Assembly (NCBI GenBank): GCA_028534125.1
Contig: CM052816.1
Span: forward strand, 9,860,001 to 9,924,000
Direction: 5' to 3'
Length of the DNA: 64,000 bases
DNA from: Lama glama
Lineage: Eukaryota
Each line of letters begins with the position of its first letter. Positions within the stretch are counted from its first letter, which is position 1. A program made the position numbers and the translations under genes. This document shows, one piece after another, positions 37,560 to 51,060 of the stretch. The notes under the pieces are model-generated. The model was not told the DNA's origin. It saw only the letters and a list, made by a program, of their open reading frames with translations, and searched no databases.

Positions 37560-40500
37560 GATTTCTACTTCTGGTCAAGATGCAAAAGGAAAGGATATTT
37601 CCTCCCACATGAAATAATAATTTTTTCAATTAAAAAAAACTGCACGTAACAATAGTTTTCTGACGCTGGACATTAGATAATGCAGGTTGTGATCTCTGGG
37701 AGTGAGAACAAAACCCATGTTAGCTCTACATTGCCATAGCTTCCTGTCTATGGAGAGGTTCCAGGCTATTGTATATAGAGAGAAAACAAGGTTCAGCACA
37801 GCAACCTCCCTGAGATGAGGATACAAAAGTGGGAGCTGGGGAGACCAAGGGAGCTAAATTTCACATGGCATGGTACCAAGAGGAGAGCACTTCAAAGAGA
37901 GGCCCCCAGAGATCTGCAGCAAGTTGTCCACGTAGAGGTCTTCGACTGCATGATGATAAGTAAATGCATGTAAGGAAACTACTCAAGGCTGGGGAAAAAA
38001 ATCACCCTAAGGAACAGAGGGAACAATATCAAGAGATCAAACAGGAGGTGAGATGGCTTGTGTTCCCACCAATCAAAGGGAAAAACCTGTCATTCAATTA
38101 GAGATCTGAGAAGGGTATTTCCCTAGCAATGGGACAAAATTAACTGCAAAAGGCTGTTTTGGTTTCACCTAACAGAGTTCAGAAGCAAGTCTTGAAAGGA
38201 TCAAGGTATTTTCAAGTAACTTTACTGTGTCCCAGAACAAACCTCAAGGACATTTACAGGTATAAAAAATATTCACCAATGAAGTTAACATTTAGTGACT
38301 AGCATTCCATCCAAAATTACCAGACAAATCAAGAAACAGGAAATGGAGTCCATATTAAGAAGAAAAATCAATTAAAACAAATTCACTGGACTCATGATTC
38401 CAGCCAAAATGAAGTAACAGGAACTGGAGTTACACTCCTGCCTGTAACAAATAAGTAACAACAGACAAAATATATGAAGCAATGGTTTTCAAGATACTAG
38501 ACATCAGTCTGTTGAAATGAAGACAAGTGATCCATATGAGGCAGAAAACAAGCTGGGCCTTTAATTGCTCCAGCTCACTGTCTTGAGAAAATTTCCAGCC
38601 ACAGAGCATGAAGGAGAAACTCAGGCACAGGCATGCAGACTCTGTGTTGAGGAGACAGCTGAGATTCCAGGGAGACCAAGGCAGCTGGAATTTACAGGAC
38701 AGAGTACTGGAGATGAGAGGGCCAAACAGACTGGGAACCGCAGAAATATGAATGTGCCTTAAGGACTCAGCAGAGTACTGATCACCAAAGGCATATAAGG
38801 TGACTATTCAAGCTCAAAGAACGATCCACATGAAATGATTAGAGAGCATGGCACCTGTGTCCATACAGGGTCAGGACTGGTGCCTGTTTCTATCACCCCC
38901 AGTGGAAAAATCTCAAAATCATAAGTCACTGATTAGGTTGAGTACTCAAAAAGGCTGTGTCTCAGTGGTAGGGGACAATTAGCTCTAGACTAAATACTTC
39001 TCTGGTCCTACCTAACAAATGTTAATAGCAAGAGCCAAAACAATTCACACAGTTTTCGTAACATAACTGTGTACCAGGTCAAAATTAAAAATTATTTATA
39101 GAAATACTAAATTATTCACTACTCAGTAATACAAAACTAACAATGTCTGGTAGTCAATAAAAAAACTGCTAAGTATGCTAAAGAAGCAAGAAAATATGAA
39201 GGGTAAGAAAATGGTGAGGAGAAAAATCAATCAATTAAAACTAATTCAAAACTGGTTACAGATGTTAGAATTATCAGACAAGGACATTAAAGCAGTTTTA
39301 ACTGTTTTCCATACGTTTGAAAATGTAAAATAGAATGGAAAATATGAAAGCAAAAAATAAACTGAACTTTTGAGTATGAGATGAAAAATACACTAAATAT
39401 GATTAATGGTAAGTCAGATGTCACAGAGAAAAAGATTAATGAATTGAAGACATGTAATATACGTTATCCAAAATAAAACACAGACAGAAAACTTTAAAGA
39501 TGAGAGTACCAGTGAGCTGTCGGACAACTAATATAAGAAGACTAGTAGAAGTACAATTGGAGTCCCCAAAGGTAGGCCTGGGGAAGCAGAAAAAATATTT
39601 GAAGTAGTAATAGCCCCAAATTTTTGACACTATAAACCAACAGTTCAAGAACCTCAATGAACTGTAAGAACAAGAAATGTGAAGAACTTATACCAAGGCA
39701 CATCATTATCAAATTGCTCAAAAACAGTGAGAAAGAGAAAATCCTCAGAGCAGTTGAGGGTAGAAAAGCTCCTTTATACAGAAAATAAAAGTTAGGAGAA
39801 CGGCAGATTTCTCTCTGGAAATAACACAAGTAAAAGCACAGTGAAGTAACATCTTTAAAGTTTTGAAAGAAAGCTGTCAATTTAGAGTTCTACACCCAAT
39901 AAAAACATCTTTTAAACATGAAGGTGAAATAAAGACTTTTTCACATATAAAAGTTAAAAGAATTCATCCTTTACTCCATATCTTTGGTAGAAGAAATGTT
40001 AAAGGAAGATTTTTCAGGCAAGAGAATGAAACATACCACATGAAAATATGGATCTACATAAAGTAAATCACTAGAAAGGGTAACTACATGAGTAAATAAA
40101 TCAGAATTTTTCTTACTAGTCAATTCTCTTTTAAAAATAACCATTTAAATAATAACAAAAATGATAACCAAAGGTTTATATATAGTAAACTAACAAAGGA
40201 GATGCAATGAAGTCATAAAATAGTTGATTCATACAAGAGCAGAAAAAAAAAGGGAACAAAAAAAAAAACAGACAGGACAAATAGAAAACAAAAATATGGT
40301 AGACTCAAATCTGCCCATGTCAATAATCTATAGTATATTTAAACCTACATATTTCATGTAAAAATACATATATTAAGTGTAAACATATTCTATATAAATA
40401 TATGTGTGTTATATGTAAATTAAATTAAAAGAGAGAGATTGTCAAATTAGATAAAAAAGGAAAACCCAATTATTATGCTGCTTTCAAGAAACACCCTTTA

Positions 40501-40720
40501 AATGTAAGTATATAAATGGGCTAAAAGAAAAAGGATGGGAAAAGATACACAATGCTAACATTAGTCAAAAGACAGTGTGATTGGCTATATTAATATCAGA
40601 CAATGTAGATTTCAGAGCAAAGAATATTACCAAGGATAAAGAGAACCATTTCATGGTGACAAAGAGATCAATTCACCAAGAGGACATTTTTACCATTCTA
40701 AACGTTTTGTACCTAATAAC
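37560..40720 (+). mobile_element. Ancient L1 5' portion: two related 5'-end-like segments, degraded ORF1 and start of ORF2 endonuclease
   Basis: ORF 39863..40066 (CQFRVLHPIKTSFKHEGEIKTFS) resembles the L1 ORF1p C-terminus; 40440-40720 carries endonuclease-region motifs (caagaaacaccc, gtagatttcagagcaaag). Confidence 0.75.
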
Positions 40721-41149
40721 TGAGAGGTAGCCAAGAGTTATAAAAATTACATGAGAGAATATGTTTTATTGTTTCATTAGACAAAAACAAAGCATTCAGA
40801 TATTTATAAATCATAGTATCTGTTTACAACTCATTTTAAGCCAGAATTATTACTCATTGGTATTTTGAATACTTTAGGAAAGTCTTGAAATTCTTTATGA
40901 TCAAGCAAAAAAAAAAAAAAAGTCATGAGTGAAGTTAAAATAGTATTTGATGTGGAATTAGAAAGTCTGTGTTTTAATTCCAGTCCTCACTTTTAGCTGA
41001 AGTGAGACTGTGAGAACAGATTAAATTCCTAAATTAGCTAATGAGGTGAGGCACACTGGGAAATGAGTAAAGGGAATGAAAAGACAGTAGACTAATTAAA
41101 CTGTACTAATGAATATATCAACCAATGTAATAAAAATATTGTCTTCACA

Positions 41150-41480
41150 GAGGATTTTTAAGACAGGGAAACTACTCCGTACAGCACTAAAATGGTAGAC
41201 ACATGTCATTATACATCATACATCATACATATACTCTTGGTATTGCACATACAGCATGTGCAACATCAAGAGGGAGCCCTCAAGTAAACTGTGGACTCTG
41301 GGGGATAATGATGGGTCAGTGTAGGTTCATCAGCCGTACAAATGTACCCCTCTGGTGGGGGGTGCTGCTAATGGGGGCAGCCATGCATGTGTGCAGGCGA
41401 GGATTATGGAAAATCTCTGTACTTCCTGCTCAGTTTTTCTCTGAATCTGAAACTGTTCTAAAAAATAAGGTCTATTAAAT
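41150..41480 (+). mobile_element. L1MC-like 3' end
   Basis: gtaaactgtggactctggggataatgatg..tcagtgtaggttcatca..aaatgtacc..ggaaaatctctgtacttcc..aaaaataaggtctatt. Confidence 0.8.
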
Positions 41481-43044
41481 ATATATTTTAAATAAAAATA
41501 TATTGCCTTCAAAGGCAGCAGTCCCTGGAAAATAACAGCATTCAATATATAGTGAGTTAACTGATGACCCTTGTGACCAGAAATTCTACAGTTAGGTCAC
41601 TTAGAGAACAGCTGTGTCAAAGAGTGAAGAAAGCGTGAGATTTGGAGTCCAAAAAGTAGGTTCTGCAATTTAGCTCTGTGATGTTAGACATTTTATTTAC
41701 ATCTCTGAGCCCATTTTCTCATTTATAAAATACAAGGAATAGTGCCAACTACATATGAGGCACAGAAGTTTTGCCATGAAGATAGAATTAAACAATGTAA
41801 GTGGAAGAACCCCACAAGCTACAAGGTGCTAAGCAAAAGCTAGCCGCTGTTCCTGGTGTAGACTGGTGTTGCGTGCCTCGTGCTGCCTCAGCTCCCATCT
41901 TCACATCTCACCTCAAAAGGACTGTGGGGAAGAAGGGAGGGAAGCGCTGACACCTTTTTTTTTGGCCCCTAGATTAATGACTATATGCAATTTAAACATT
42001 AAAGCTAGTCCTTAAAAAAAATCCAATTCGTTGTCATCTGGGCGTGGTTGCATTTTAAGATGCCACTGCTCTGAGGATGGCTGGCAACAGCACCCAGACA
42101 AATCCACTGTGGGTGTGGAGACATGCAGAATAATAAAGTATCACTCCACCCTGTTGTCTTGTCACCTAATTAACTGGGGTGCTCTGAAAACAACTGCTGG
42201 GAGTCAGAATAATCTCTCATCTTAAGAGTTGTGATGCAATGGCAAAATGGCAGCCTACTTTGGGCGGAAATGCAGAACATCCTCTGACGTTCGTTTTCTG
42301 GGGAGAGAGGCAAGTGGAGAGAAGTGGGCTCTGCAGTGCCCATGCAAGTTCACTCGATTCTTTGCCCACTTTGCTTACGTTTTCTGAGCTCAGCCAAAGG
42401 TGCTCGCATAACCCCAACTGCCTAGCCCCAGGCGTCCTCTCGAGAGGTGGGAAAAATGAGTGTCCTCTTAGGGCAAAATAAATGCCTTTGTCAGAACACA
42501 GTTTTTCCTTCCATTTTTTATGAGAGTAAGCAGTGAAAGTATTTATGGGGTGAGTCCTGTTACAAAAGGGAAAAGAGAAATAGTGAAAACCTGTCGGGTT
42601 AGGCCCTCACAAGACAACACACTCAGCCCTCCTGAGTGTCCAGTCTTTGAGAGGGTTCAGTCCCCAAAGAACCAGGTGTACACTTATGAATAGTCACAAA
42701 ATGATCATAATATTTGAACAGGAATGGGCCTTGGTATATTCTAGTATATTCAAATATCTTCAATTTATCAATAAGGCCTGACAAGGGGGAGGCCATGGAT
42801 TCAAGGACAAATAGCTGGAGACTGGCAGAGCTGGAACTCACTTCACTTCTTCTCACTCCTAGCCTCATGGGCTTTTTCCAAACTACAACTTTTTCACTCA
42901 CTCATTCACGCCTGGTTTCAGGATTGACTCTTTTTTCAAGCACCCTGTATTCTGGGGAGCACACTCAGACTCATATACAGCGTTTTACGTAGCAGGGTTT
43001 GACCTCTAGTTTACATTTTTCTTAGCTTTGATTTATTTTAAGTA

Positions 43045-43245
43045 GAGGCAATTTTGCCCTCCAGGGGGACAGTTGGCAATGCCTGGATACACTTTTTGTT
43101 GTTACAATTAGGGATCTTCTTCAGCATCTGGTGGATGGTGGCCAAGGATGCTGTTAAACATCCTACACTACACAGGACAACACTCCCCACCCCAGCAAAG
43201 AATTATCCCATCTAAAATGCCAGTAGAGATGTGCAGAGATTCTAC
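43045..43245 (+). mobile_element. MER20-like hAT-Charlie DNA transposon relic
   Basis: attttgccctccagggggacagttggcaatg..ggccaaggatgctgttaaacatcctaca..cacaggaca..aaagaattatcc. Confidence 0.85.
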
Positions 43246-44393
43246 TCTAGGCATTTTAGCCAAAACTCGCTTCAAAGCTTCATTAATTATCTTGACGACT
43301 GTAAGTTGATTCTGGAGCAAGGGACTCTGCAGTGCCCCACAGAGGGTATAATGTACTGATAGAAAAGCCAACTGATTCTTATTTTTGAATGATTTACTAG
43401 GTTGACCAGCTTCTTATTTCTGATTTTAAAAATCAAATCCTCTCCTGAGTGCAGAATACAGGAAAAGATCTTGAATCCATCAAAAACCCGTTTTGGCCAG
43501 CAATAGGACCACTTTCAAAAAAAAGATGTAGAATACGAGACATTTTACTTTGGCCTTCTGTTTCCTCCGTGTTTTCCAATCATTATTTTGTTATTACCAT
43601 CTCCAAAGCTGAACTCGTCTGAGGTCTAACTTTGAGACCCTTTCTTTCCAAGGCTCTTCTTTGAGTGGCTTCTCACCTTTGGTGAAACTTCACCAAGCTC
43701 CCTAGGGATCCACGGCTGGTCACATTCTAAAGGTTTATTTGTATTTCTGACTCTTCACTGTTATACCCATGGTCCACCTTAAATTTGCATTCTAAAGACT
43801 GCTTTCCTAACTTGCATTCTTCTTGCTTCTTTAAACATTCCGAAGTGTCTTCTGTTCTTTCTTTGGAGATTGCAGTGTTTGGAGATTGCAGTGTTTCTCC
43901 TCTGCTATATCTAAGTCAATGTTTAAAAAATAAAATGTCTTCAAATAAGATCTGGAATATAATGATAACTTACATGATAAATAAAAGTGTTTTGTTTTCA
44001 AGCAGAGATGGGAGGACCAGTATGCCTCACCCAGCCTTCTTCATTACATGTGCAGACACCATAACTGTTTACACCGTCCAGGAATACCTAGCATCTAGGA
44101 CAGAGGAATGTGCAAAGAAGTATACACTTACTTACTGATCAAAGTGAAAGAAGAAAAGGGTATGAAGAGTTTGAAAATCACAACGATGCCAAGTGTGGAC
44201 TTTTCTCCCTATTTCCCCTGTATCTCAGTTGCTCTGAGGTATGCTGAATCTTGTATCAGCTGAATATTCCTCACGTTACGTAGAACTGTATCTTTCCTGA
44301 CTGAACACATTATTCAGACTTGCTGCCCCTTCTCTTCATTGTTAAAGGCCACTTCTCATTTTCCATTATCTCTATCAAAACTGTAAATTCATT

Positions 44394-44423
44394 GTGCTTG
44401 TTTCGGCAGCACACATACAAAAA
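44394..44423 (+). pseudogene. 3'-truncated U6 snRNA retrocopy (first ~30 nt)
   Basis: gtgcttgtttcggcagcacacatacaaaaa vs U6 GTGCTCGCTTCGGCAGCACATATACTAAAA (26/30). Starts at U6 +1 and is flanked by the imperfect direct repeat aaaact..attcatt. Confidence 0.8.
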
Positions 44424-46401
44424 CTATTCATTACTTGATGCACTGAGTCATTACTGAGCATCAATTTCTAAGTCTGTGGAAGTTACTGAAGATGAATCAG
44501 ATACAAGTCTTGCCTCGAGGATCATGTAATATAATAGAGTAGTTACAGCTTGGGCCCAGTATAGCTCTACATAGAAATAAAAAGTGGTAACTGACAAAAG
44601 ATAAAGTGGCATGAGAGTTTAGAGTGAAAAAAGTTACTATCGGCTGAAATACTAAGAAAGGTTTATCGGAGGCATGAAATTTGACAAAAGCCTTGAGAGA
44701 TGGATGGTCTGAATGCACAGATATATGGGTGAGGCTAAGGAGAAGTATATTTGGAGGAAAAGTGATATTGCAGAGGTTAATTCGACTGTAACAAAAGGCA
44801 AATGAAAATAATAATAGATAAAATTAGAAAAGGATATTGGGAGCGAAGTGGAAAGGGCACAATACCTGGATCTTGGGTCTCATTATGCTGTATCTCTCAT
44901 GGCTTTTCCTACCTGATATTTTTAACTATCAAATATTTAATAGGAAGTCTGTATACTGGGTTAACGTTCTATTAAAATAAACACCCTGGTTACCTATTCT
45001 GCTTTAAGTATTTGCTGAGTATGGACAAATCTTTCACATGCCAAATTGAAGAGTAATCTGATATACCTTCATAAATTAGAGTATATTAGAAGTGGAAACA
45101 GCTCTCACCTACATATACTCAATAAGGAGGTATTATTAAAAACATGACCAGAGTTAATACAAATAACATTTTAAAATGGAATTGAATAAGCAGTTTTACT
45201 GGAAATGAGCCAAGCTTTATAAATATTTTGAAAAAAGGAAAATGAAATTTATCAAAGTTGTTTAAAAAGAATACTGCAAGCTTGTGGTTTTTCAATACAC
45301 CTGTATGTCTGTATATCTGTATCTATCTTTATCTACCCCTCTCTCCATCTACCAGACATTCAATTGTGGTAACAGTTGCTATGACAAACACAGTAACAGA
45401 TCAGTGCTGCTGAGAAAAGGTGTTGCCACATGTTAATGTTCTTAAACAATGCTGATTACCATGCTGGAAGTATCTGGTATAGGAGAAACATTGGAAATGG
45501 AAATCCAGAGACACAGATGACAAGCTTGGCTCCTAATTACAAGCCATCTGACCTTGAACAAGCTACCCTGGCCTCTTAGAACAAAGATTATTTTTTTTAA
45601 CATTTTTTTATTGAGTTATAGTCAGTTTACAGGATTATTTATTTATATCATATAGAGAATGGACCAAATGTCTTCTAATTTCAAATAATAACAATAATAG
45701 TAATTTTGTCTTCCATGATGTCTGATATTTTTATGAGAAATTGCCCCATCTGATTTTTTTGAGGAAAAAGAAGCTCAAGGCTATTCTTTGAGCATGGGAA
45801 GGCATGGCCACTAACTGGCCAAAAGTGGACATATAGTCCAAGGGGAGTCAATACATAGGCTGAGAAAACTTTGCACAAAGACTTCTTCATAATAGGGGCG
45901 ATGGATATTAAATAATCCCCTATTTTAGCTAAATTCACCTGATGGAATTTGAGTGGTATAATATGGGGAGAATCAAAATATTGACAAATAAAAAAAGAAA
46001 CAAGACACAAAAAAGTAGCTGAGGCTAAGAGAATAGTGGAGTCAGAGGACTAGTGAAAGGGATGGTAAGAAAATCTATTCTCCAAGATGAAGGTAGGGGT
46101 TGTAAGTATTGTGATTTTATTGACACAGCTCTCTACAAAATATGGAATTCTAAACTGTAAAATTACTTAAACATCAAAACATGCCTACAGCGGTCCAGCA
46201 CGCTTGAGTTTTCCCTTTATGACTATGCATTGATGGTAATGTAATATCAAAACCTTAAAAAAAATCAAACCCTGGTACCTTAGCTTTGCAGATCCCTTAG
46301 GTACATCCTCAGTCTTCCTATTGGATCATTTATTTGAACTGCTTTTGGTCGTCAAACCAAAGCCTTTGGAGGGTTCCCCTAGGGTTCCTGCTTTCTTCTT
46401 A

Positions 46402-46782
46402 CTTTTTATTTAAATTGTGGTAGAAACTACAAAACTTGAGATTTACCCTCTTAAAAAAACTCTCAAGTGTACAGTACAGTACTGTTAGCTATAAGCCCAA
46501 TGTTGTATAGCAGATCTTGCATGACTAAAACTATAAACTGATTGAACAACTCATTTCCCCTCCCGCTAGCACCCATCAGTCGACTTTGTTTCTATGAGTC
46601 CCACTACTTCAGATACCTCATATAAGTGGAGTCATGGTATTTGTCCTTCTGTGTCTGTCTTGTTTCACTTAGTGTAATGCCCTCAGGGTCCGTCTCTGTT
46701 GTATGTAGCATATGACAGGACTTCCTTCTGTTCTACGGCTGAATGACATTCCATTGACTGTATACACCACATTTTCCATCCA
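46402..46782 (-). mobile_element. L1MA/MB-like 3' end, antisense
   Basis: aattgtggtaga..atttaccctcttaa..aagtgtacagt..tacctcatataagtggagtcat..tgtatacaccacatttt. Confidence 0.8.
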
Positions 46783-48744
46783 GGATCCTTCTTTCTTATT
46801 GCCACATGTTATCCTCACAATACATTCCCGTTTCTAGGGGTAGCTTAGGTAAAACCTCTCCTCCTCTGAGCCTAGAGAACTAACTAATATAATGTTTTTC
46901 ACCTCTCATCTGATTTAATGTTCCCAGTATTTCCTTTTCAGAGGAAGTATTTTCTCTCCATTTTAAAATTAGAAACCAAGGCTCAGAATCTTAACCCAAA
47001 TCACAAAACTAGACAGTAGCAGAGACTGGCTTCAAATCTAGAAATGTGTGACCACAGAGGCCATGCTGTTGTGCTGCCTTCTAGATTTAAAATGCCAACA
47101 GGCTGTGATCCCATCCTTCTAACAGAAAATAATAGTGTAATATTTAAAAAAAAATACTTTTGTACTTTGGCCTATTGGTTAATAAGACTGTTTTACTTGT
47201 TCCTGTGAGGAAGGTAAATGAGAAAGGACCAAATGTTCTCATTTTGCAGATGAGAAAGCCTAAGATTCTACCCAATCTGGAGACCGTATAAAGCCAACTG
47301 CTGCAAAGGGAAAAGACACATGCTTTAGAGCCTACCTCCTCCATGTACCAGGTATATGAACTTCTGCACATTGATCTCGCAGGATACTGTGAGGATTAAA
47401 GTTAAATGAATCTAGCCCAATAATTGGCAAATAAAAGGTGTTCAATAAATGTCTGTTCTCTTCCTCTTCCATTCCAGATCCCACCCACCAATTCTTTTTA
47501 AGAATTAAATCACACTGTCTTTAACAGCCACCAAACTCTCTAAGGTCAAATTATAATATGAAATGCATGAAGTATGATTCATTGTATAGGATTTCCTTAG
47601 ATTTAAAGAATGTCATTTTATCCAGAACTACTCATGTCTTTATGCTCACTTGCTAATTTATTTCCACCCCACCTTCTTCTAAAAATTATTTGAAACAGAC
47701 AACTCAACTCCTAAATCCAATTTCCTGGATATAAATATTGACATAAACATGAGAAAGCCGATTCTTTCTGAGGTCTCCCAAGGAAACAACTGCCTACACA
47801 AAGGAAAGAAGTGATAAAGTACAAAGATCTGAAATTCAGATACATTTAGAATTGAGTACCGATTTCATGATCAGAAACACTACATTCTAAGAAAATTGCC
47901 CTCTCTGAGCCCCAGTTTCCACATTGGTGAAGTGGGAAAGTGGGATTAGTTGATCCTTCATTTTCTTCTCAACTTCATGATGCCATGTTATTATGGGAGA
48001 AGAGCATCAATCAGGGAATCTGCCCACTAGCTTAAAATTGAAGAGGAGGAGAGTTCCAGCTGCTACTAAGAGCCTTCTCTGTCCACCTGGCTTCAGGGAC
48101 CACTCCTCCCTCTGACCTACTCTAGCATGTACATATTGACCTGATCACCCATCTAACACATTATTTTAATGATTAAATTATTGGTTGCCTTTTGTTTTCA
48201 TAACTGTGTATCTAACAGAACAGAGTTACACATTTTTATAACCACAATACTTAAAGTATCAAAAGACAGTGGGTACCTGCTGATAGGAGAACAAAAACAG
48301 AAAAGTATCCCTTAAGATTTAAAAATTTCAATTCCTTGAATCTATTTACAATTATGAAGTTTCCCTGGTCCACACAAGACATTTTCTGTCATTAATATTG
48401 GTCTCAGACATTATAAAACACTTTCACCTTAATTATTACATTTGATGCCTCCGATAATCTCAAATCTTGCAGTTTTGTCTGATGTATATTTCTATAATGT
48501 TTTACAAGCAGGGAAACATGGTGAGTGGAGAACATTAGACAGATTAGGTTATGGGGTCCAAATCCACCACTACCAGTCATGAAAGCATCAGAAAATTACT
48601 TAAAACTTCTGAGCCTTGGCTGAGATTGAACTATTTCATAGAATTATCATAAGGATTAATTAGAGAATATCTGAAAATTTCTAGGATTTAGTAGGTACTT
48701 AATAAACTGTAACTATTAGTTTCATAAAAAGTTAAGGTGTTGGG

Positions 48745-49845
48745 AAGGAAAACAAAACTGTCTTTGTTCACAGATGACATGACTGTCTAGGTAGAAAATC
48801 CAAAAGAACCATAAAAAGACTTCTGGAACTAATAAATAGCTATGGCAAGGTTGCCAAATACAAGGTTAATATACAAAAGTGAAACACTTTTCTATATTCC
48901 AGCAATGATCACATAGAATTTAAAATTAAAAACATAATACCATTTACATCAGCACCCACAAAAATTAAATATTTAGGTATAAATATAACAAAATATGTAC
49001 AAGATCTATATGAGGAAAACTATAAAATTATGATGAATTAAATTTTTTAAAAAGACTAAATAAGAGATATTCCAGAGTTATGGATGGATAGGACTCAAAC
49101 TTGATCTACAGATTCAATGCAATCCCCATCAAAATCGCAGCAAGTTATCTTGTGGATATTGACAAACCGATTCTAAAGTTTATATAAAGAGACAAAGACC
49201 CAGAATAGTCAATATGATGGTGAAGAAGTAAAACAAAGTTGGAGGAGTGACGCTACCTGACTTCAAGATGTACTATAAAGCAACAGTAAACCAATTATAC
49301 TTCAATTAAAAAAAAAAGCTACAGTAATCACAACAATGTGGTATTGGCAAAAGAAGACAAACAGATCAACGGAACAGAACAGAGACAGAAAGAGACTCAT
49401 ATAAATATAGTCAGCTGATTTTTGACAAAGGAGCAAATGAAACAATTTTCAATAAATTATACTGGAACAAATGAAGATCCACAAGCAAAAAAAAAAATTG
49501 CAGACATAGGCTTTACACCCTTCACAAAGATTAACTCAATATAAAGATGATCTCCAAATGTAAAATGCAAAACTGAAAAACTTCTAGAAGATAAAAATAC
49601 AAGAAAACCTAGATGACTCTGGATACAGTGATAACTTTTAGATACAACACCAAAGACATGATCCATGAAAGAAATAACTGATAAGCTGTAGATAACCAAA
49701 ATTAGAAACTTCTGCTCTGCAAACCAATGTCAAGACAGAGGGAAGACAAGCCACAAACGGGGTGAAATATTTGCAAAATACATGTTAAAGGACTGCTAAC
49801 CAAACCATACAAAGAACTCTTAAAATAATGATAAGAAAACAGGTG
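48745..49845 (+). mobile_element. Old L1 ORF2 (RT and downstream) fragment
   Basis: ctgtctttgttcacagatgacatgactgtc (FADDM-like region), gattcaatgcaatcccc atcaaaat, acctgacttcaag, tttgacaaagg. Confidence 0.85.
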
Positions 49846-51045
49846 TTTTTTTCAGACAGACCTTTCTTTACAACCAAGTCTGAAGCAGTTCCTCCATCTA
49901 CTGCATGCCCCATCCCAGTCATTCTCATGACACCGTTTATTTTATTTGTGGAACAATCACTATCTGGAATCCTCCTGTTTGTTATTAATCTGTTTACTTC
50001 TTTACTGTTTGTCTTCCACACTAGCATGTATGTTCCATAGAGCAAGGACCTTGCCTGAGAAGGAACTCTGCGTTGTTTCTCAGACTTGACTCCATGAAAA
50101 TGTATTTCATGATTATCGTTACTGTTATTATGATCACTACCATTATTATTATTGTCTGATGAGAACTTTCACAAGGTTTTCCCTATTTCAGAGCACAAGT
50201 AAGAGCATTCCCTTGCATAGATCTCAAACCATAAATATAACTTCTTCCACTCATTTTTTTCTTACATTCCCTCTAAAAATAGGAAATCGATTAATTTGGT
50301 GCTGATGATTTTTATTTTTCTTCAAATCTTATCACTTTACCCACCCTCTTTTTATAAATTAGAGTGTTTATGTATAGCAGTAGGACTTGAAGTATCATTA
50401 AAATCTGTGTCAGTCATCTAACCTACCTTATTTAATTATCCGCAACCATCTGAAGAGATAGATATTATTATATCCACTTTGTGAAAAAGAGCTAATATTT
50501 GTTGACTGACTATTCTGTGCCAGGCACTGTTAAATGTGTTCTTATGTTAATCTACCTTCATAACAACTAACAATCCAGTTTACAGATCAGGAAGCCAAGG
50601 AGCAGAGAAATTAACTTACTGATATTTTACAGATATTGTTAACGGCAACATCAGGACTCAAACCCAATTCATCTGACTCCATGTTTTCTTTTCTTAACTT
50701 TTCTTAACTTCTATATGATATTGCTTTCGCATATGAAGAAATTTCCTCGGAGAGAATTTGAGAAATTTGAGAGTAAGTGACAGAACAGGATTTGGCTGAA
50801 AAACATGTACTCTCAACCATTAAATTATTTTATCCATTCCAAATAGATTTGGTGCCTCAGTCAAGACACTGAAATGTCTGGTGACTAAAGAGGCTGTTAG
50901 AATCCGTTTTCTGTCCCTCAAGTCACTGCTTGTCCTTCTCATATAACTACGCCACTTCATTCTCTATTCAAAGTTTTCCTGTTCAGGGGATTGATTAAAA
51001 ATCCTGCGGTTGTTCCCTACTCACTGCTTACATCAACTTGTGCCC

Positions 51046-51060
51046 CCACCAGATGGCAAC
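51046..51060 (+). promoter_or_regulatory. Candidate CTCF site CCACCAGATGGCAAC
   Basis: 13/14 match to the consensus CCASYAGRKGGCRS. Confidence 0.5.

Noticed and set aside
43862..43896. 16-bp tandem duplication tttggagattgcagtg
   Set aside because: Real, but an ordinary intergenic slippage duplication with no functional clue.
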